From Ruditapes philippinarum (taxonomy: Eukaryota): a stretch of 64,000 nt of DNA. The stretch lies in assembly GCF_026571515.1 (NCBI RefSeq), contig NW_026865402.1, positions 186,001 to 250,000 on the forward strand. The letters run 5' to 3'. Shown in pieces: positions 60,601 through 64,000 of the stretch. The notes beneath the pieces are model-generated. The model saw only the letters and a program-made list of their open reading frames with translations, was not told the DNA's origin and searched no databases. Both the position numbers and the translations under genes were made by a program. The first letter of the stretch is position 1, and every line of letters begins with the position of its first letter.

Positions 60601-63050
60601 ATAAATCAAATTTTGTCTGCTATTTTGTAACCACTGTCAATTTCCACATTTCACTCAGAACTGGAGTAGATCTAGGTCATATTATTAGCCTATAGAAATA
60701 ATACAAGTTTGCAAACTCATTCACAGAATGCAGCCTTTTTTTCTGAATAATTTACTGAAAAATATCATCTTCACCAATGTAATACAAATTTTCTGCCATA
60801 GAAGTAAAGATTTTTTTAGAGAACATAGCTTATTTCACCTTTAAATAAATATCAAAATTATCGGTGTCGCGAAAATATGTGACAATCGGATTTTTCCTGT
60901 TTTCTGAAGAAATAATCATAATTTTGGTTGTTGTGCAAATGGTTGTTTGGAATTCAATACTTTTTAAATATTTTACCATTGTTTTCCACTGGCTATTTAG
61001 TCAAGTAGATTAAAACAAAAAAAATATTAAAATTTGCAATTACTGTTTACTGGAATTCACGGTAAATTTTGGGTAAGTCAATATCCAGTTTATCAATTTT
61101 AAAACGATTTTTATGGCTAATTTACGGATATTTGATGGCTTTTATAAATGCTGGACAATATCTTCAAAGTACTTATACAATTATACATCTTGCATGTATT
61201 TTATCACCTCGGGCAATCTAGTTAGCAGCATGTGACCTGTAAAAAGTTGACACTCAATTAAATGCACCCCGCTGGTGTTAATTGGGTCTACTGCATTCAT
61301 TATCGATTTTTACACCTTATATAAACACTGTTGGAAGTAAAAAATAATCGCCAGATTTTGTAGCCAAAATGCAAAAATAATCGCCAATCTTATAAAATAA
61401 TCGCAAATGGCGACTATGGCGACCGACAGCGTGAGCCCTGGCTTGTTTATTTGGCTAATTGGGGTTAACTTATAGACACATTAGAAAGGAATATCGGTCA
61501 TTTTTTAAAGCGCTATGATAATTTTAAGCGCATCGGGATTTCTTGTTCTGAAATTTTAGCGCATCGGTGCCGATGCGCTAAAAGCGCCTGGGGAATTCCT
61601 TGAAATAATTGATTCATTCACACAATTAAATTTATAGTTTGAATTTAAAAAACTTGTTGTTCGTTTGACTTGTACAGTTGTATATCCCGAAACAACCAAT
61701 TTTCAATCACAACCTAAATTCAAACACATTCTTAATTCTGTGGCACTGATGTCATGTCTGACTAAATTGCATAAAGTCCATGTTGTATTAACTTCAAAAC
61801 TTGCAGAAATGCCATACTTGATTAATTGTCAGATGTTATCAGTAAAACAATAAGAAACTGTTTGTTTTAACTGACACAATATAAATTGTCCAACTTCAAC
61901 TATATCAAAATAGTCACTTGTTTAAAATAGTGGAAACATTTTTCCAAGCAAGTTAATTTTTTTATAAAGTATTGGCTAAAGAGTTTTACCATTTACCTCA
62001 GTCCTAGCTAGGTGTATTTAAAACATTTATTTATATGATGTACCACTAAATATTCATCAGACTTTACATGGGGTCCTTATTAATAAAATCTTATATTGTT
62101 ATCAAATTCTTTCATCTGATGATTGTAGAATAATTGTTTTGTAGGCGATAGCAACTGGCAGATCTAGACAAGTTTCCGTATTTGCTAGTAATATAAAGTG
62201 GGGAAGGTAAAATGGCTGTAAAGATTGGATGCATTTATCATTTTGCACCCCAAATAGCGTACTAAGAAGTGATACCTTTAACTGCCTTTTTATACACATT
62301 AACAGTAGTCATACTAATGCATTGTACTTTACATATGTTATAACATTTAGTGTAAGTTTTTTAAAATCTTGAAAAAACTGTTGAAAATCGTTGAATAGAC
62401 TGTTGTGAAATTTTCTACAATTTTAAGTGGCCCTGATTTATCTTGAACAAATTATCCATAGTGATTACCCTGCTGTTTGAATTTAGGTTAATATATTTCT
62501 GAGAGTGACCCGAGTGGGTCATGTCGTTTTTATTGAATTTCTAAGAAAGATCAAGACTTGTTGAAAATGTACCAACCTTTAAATGAAAAAGTTTTGATAG
62601 ATGCATTAATAGCTAAAATAAATTTAAAGTATAATTTCTCCTTCCATTTATTATTGGCTAAAAATGGCTTAACTGATTGAATATTGGTTGTCCCGGGATA
62701 CAGTATTCCCAATCACACTATACGGCCAAATTGTTTAGAAAATATTCTAGTGATAAAACATCACATACGAGATACACGAAGTAGAGCCTGTACACTAATA
62801 AACATCTCTGTACAAATAGAACATTATTGCACAATATTCAATTTCGAAAAATATTGAGCACGAAACAACTTAAAAAATATCCCGTCTGTTATACCTTTCC
62901 ATACGTACAATGGTTTTCGTCGCTATCTCCCAAAACTGCGTTAGCATCTTCAACTAAATTCTCTTCTTCTTTCAAGTAATCAACCATTGAAATAACGGCA
63001 TCATCAGAAGTTTCCTGTTCAGCGTTCCCCGCCAAGTTTTCGCCCGACAT
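42606..63050 (-). CDS. UBR7: Putative E3 ubiquitin-protein ligase UBR7, 10 exons, 413 aa
   Basis: Exons 62895-63050, 57270-57403, 56452-56512, 55610-55705, 52963-53016, 48746-48848, 47687-47865, 46831-46965, 46124-46289, 42606-42763. All are GT-AG and phase-consistent (1242 nt). UBR-box: CTYGKGYVGRQALYACSTC...CLACSYACHEGHDLYELYTKRNFRCDCGN. PHD: YNQNFKGLYCVCERPYPDPEDEIEDEMIQCIVCEDWYHGRHL. C-terminus: LKKFAENGKVVRAEDIREFF. Confidence 0.96.
43863..45639 (+). mobile_element. HINE-like element with ~8 x ~169-bp core repeats and (GACG)n microsatellite
   Basis: AACAAGA start; sub-TIR GTCCCCCGCC / GGCGGGGGAC; repeated TGACCTTGACC; GGACGGACGG tract before the 3' hairpin. Confidence 0.88.
45418..45572. 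mobile_element. 155-bp CACTA/EnSpm-like MITE in the HINE microsatellite
   Basis: Imperfect TIR CCGAAATGGAATAAGGGGCCAT / ATGGCCCCCTATCCCTATTCGG; right end TAGTG (=CACTA); 2-bp TSD CG. The left terminus is degenerate. Confidence 0.55.
48155..48296 (-). mobile_element. Degenerate CORE-SINE
   Basis: The minus strand reads TGGCCGAGTGG (A-box), then TGTTTCCTTAAGCAAGAAACTACACTCATTGCTTAGTACTGG (CORE-like). Confidence 0.6.
48976..52635 (+). mobile_element. HINE-like element interrupted by the long-TIR element
   Basis: Start AACAATAGGGCCATGATGGCCCT, sub-TIR GCTCACCTG / CAGGTGAGC, core repeats GGGCCAATTTTGACCCCAGGG. Confidence 0.82.
49154..51817. mobile_element. Non-autonomous DNA transposon with ~458-bp TIRs (CAC...GTG)
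   Basis: TIRs 49154-49611 and 51360-51817; flanking duplication TATTCA (49148-49153, 51818-51823); no credible internal ORF. Confidence 0.9.
53352..55125 (+). mobile_element. HINE-like element with ~11-12 x 145-bp tandem repeat
   Basis: Start AACAAGAGGGCCATGATGGCCCT; sub-TIR GCTCACCTGA / TCAGGTGAGC; units at 54096/54241/54386/54531; short GGAC tract before the 3' hairpin. Confidence 0.9.
56003..56409. mobile_element. hAT-like MITE
   Basis: TIR CAGGGCTCTC / GAGAGCTCTG; imperfect flanking duplication TGATAAC vs TGATTAC. Confidence 0.55.
56631..56900. mobile_element. CAGGG-type MITE with 5-bp TSD
   Basis: TIR CAAGGGTTTTTTTT / AAAAAAAACCCCTG; TSD ATATA on both sides (low complexity). Confidence 0.6.
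57636..57856 (+). mobile_element. 5'-truncated tRNA-derived SINE (Meta-domain/RUDI-like)
   Basis: B-box GGTTCGAATCC, central GTGAGGAAGCTATCCAGCTAGCTTACGGAACGTCGGTGGTTCTAC, (CAAA)n tail; 13-bp TSD AAATGAACTTGTT (57623-57635, 57857-57869). A fragment of the same family lies on the minus strand at ~28245-28280. Confidence 0.88.
58864..59506 (-). pseudogene. hAT transposase C-terminal dimerisation domain remnant (ZNF862-like), two exons 59282-59506 and 58864-59048
   Basis: Spliced reading LYRIAAVGLLLPTSTADCERGCSCLKRVKT*NRNCLSVKVLNYLLAVSLQGPPLESFNFEKAVNAWKDNKPRR matches the hATC motif; it contains an in-frame TAA. Confidence 0.85.
60255..61440. mobile_element. Nested non-autonomous hAT-like element with 5-bp TSD
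   Basis: TIR CAGGGCTCACACTG / CAGCGTGAGCCCTG; TSD GCTTG (60250-60254, 61441-61445); subterminal AATAATCGCCA/AATAATAGCCA repeats. Confidence 0.85.
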
Positions 63051-63641
63051 TTTTGTTTACATTGGGAGAAGTTCTAAAAATTATTATTATTATCAATAGT
63101 ATGCTAGAATTGTATTTTCTCAAAAAATTAAAAAGAAAAGATTTTTGACCAAACATATTTTACCAAATCTTATCGTATTTCAATTCGTCTTTCTTTAAAA
63201 GTTACTTTAAATTCAGTGCTAAAATAAATAATAACTTATCCCTTTCTTTTTAAGAAAAAAATTCGTCCTTCCGTTTATAACTTTCTGACTTGTTTGGATC
63301 TTGTATAAATTTGTTTCCTATATATGATATTTACTCTTTCGATTTAATGGTATGAATTGTTCAGGTACATGTTTAAATTTGTGTTGATATATAAAAATGT
63401 ATTTCTATAGTATTCGTACTCAGTATTTTCGTAACAATTCAAAAAATTTGTTAGAATTATAGTTGAGAGTAGGTAGACTATGTATGATTTTATTTCACGT
63501 ATTAAATTTTTATGCTCCCATAAAAATATTTAGGACATGAATTTTTATGATAAAGTGTTACCCTTGTGTGTACATGTACGGGTTGTGTTAATTTGCCTAA
63601 TTAATTTGGGCCTTTTGGCGTGAATAAACGGTTTGAATTAG

Positions 63642-63732
63642 TAACGATTCGCCACACTAACGATTCGTCACATAACGATTCGCCACAGAGTAATAACGAT
63701 TCGCCACAGTTAAATAACGATTCGCCACAGTA
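63642..63732 (+). repeat. 5 x TAACGATTCGCCACA, probably subterminal repeats of a DNA transposon extending past the window
   Basis: 15-bp motif repeated with 0-7 bp spacers, about 600 bp upstream of the UBR7 ATG. Confidence 0.75.
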
Positions 63733-64000
63733 TGATTATAACGATGATTTTTTAGTAATCAACAAAATTTTTCCTTTTGTTTTAATAATTTGACAATGAT
63801 AATGATTTAATAATGTTTCTTAATACAAGTAATATGAAGTTAAGGCCCCCATTGCGGATTTTCAATTTATCAAAGTAACATTATTACAGGAGTACATTAA
63901 CAAGAAAGTAATTATATGTTGAAATAATTATTGAATTACTCATAAACATAATTATATGTCAATTAATATTTATATATATATAAATATATAGTTCATATAT

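Larger units (their letters stand above)
58527..61602 (-). mobile_element. Defective hAT transposon with 5-bp TSD in UBR7 intron 1
   Basis: TIR CAGGGAATTCCCCAGG / CCTGGGGAATTCCTTG; TSD AAATA (58522-58526, 61603-61607); carries a transposase remnant. Confidence 0.82.

Noticed and set aside
63642-63732. Repeat-spacer pattern resembling a CRISPR array
   Set aside because: The repeat is only 15 bp and the spacers are 0-7 bp.

Overview
AT-rich, intron-rich animal genomic DNA. The repeat families (Meta/CORE/V-type SINEs, Helentron-associated 'pearl/HINE'-like elements) suggest a bivalve mollusc (inference). I assembled four protein-coding genes by hand with GT-AG junctions and consistent phases. 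(1) A 2-exon DHHC-family palmitoyltransferase (+, ZDHHC22/24-like) whose signature reads VHHC instead of DHHC. (2) A 10-exon UBXN1/SAKS1 (-; UBA, C2H2 finger, coiled coil, UBX). (3) An intronless RING + TRAF/SIAH-zinc-finger E3 ligase (-) with an unrecognised C-terminal domain. (4) A 10-exon UBR7 (-; UBR-box, PHD). A divergent promoter near 11.5 kb appears to drive a minus-strand transcript whose putative leader exons (3733-3870, 1171-1330) carry several uORFs, two of them spliced; its main ORF would lie left of the window. Introns and intergenic DNA hold many nested non-autonomous transposons. These include HINE-like elements with 145-172 bp internal arrays (one with a 338-bp dimeric higher-order repeat), four CAGGG...CCCTG-type elements with 5-bp TSDs (one carrying a hAT transposase remnant), a 2.7-kb element with ~460-bp TIRs, palindromic Crypton-like elements, several MITEs, LINE fragments and SINEs.
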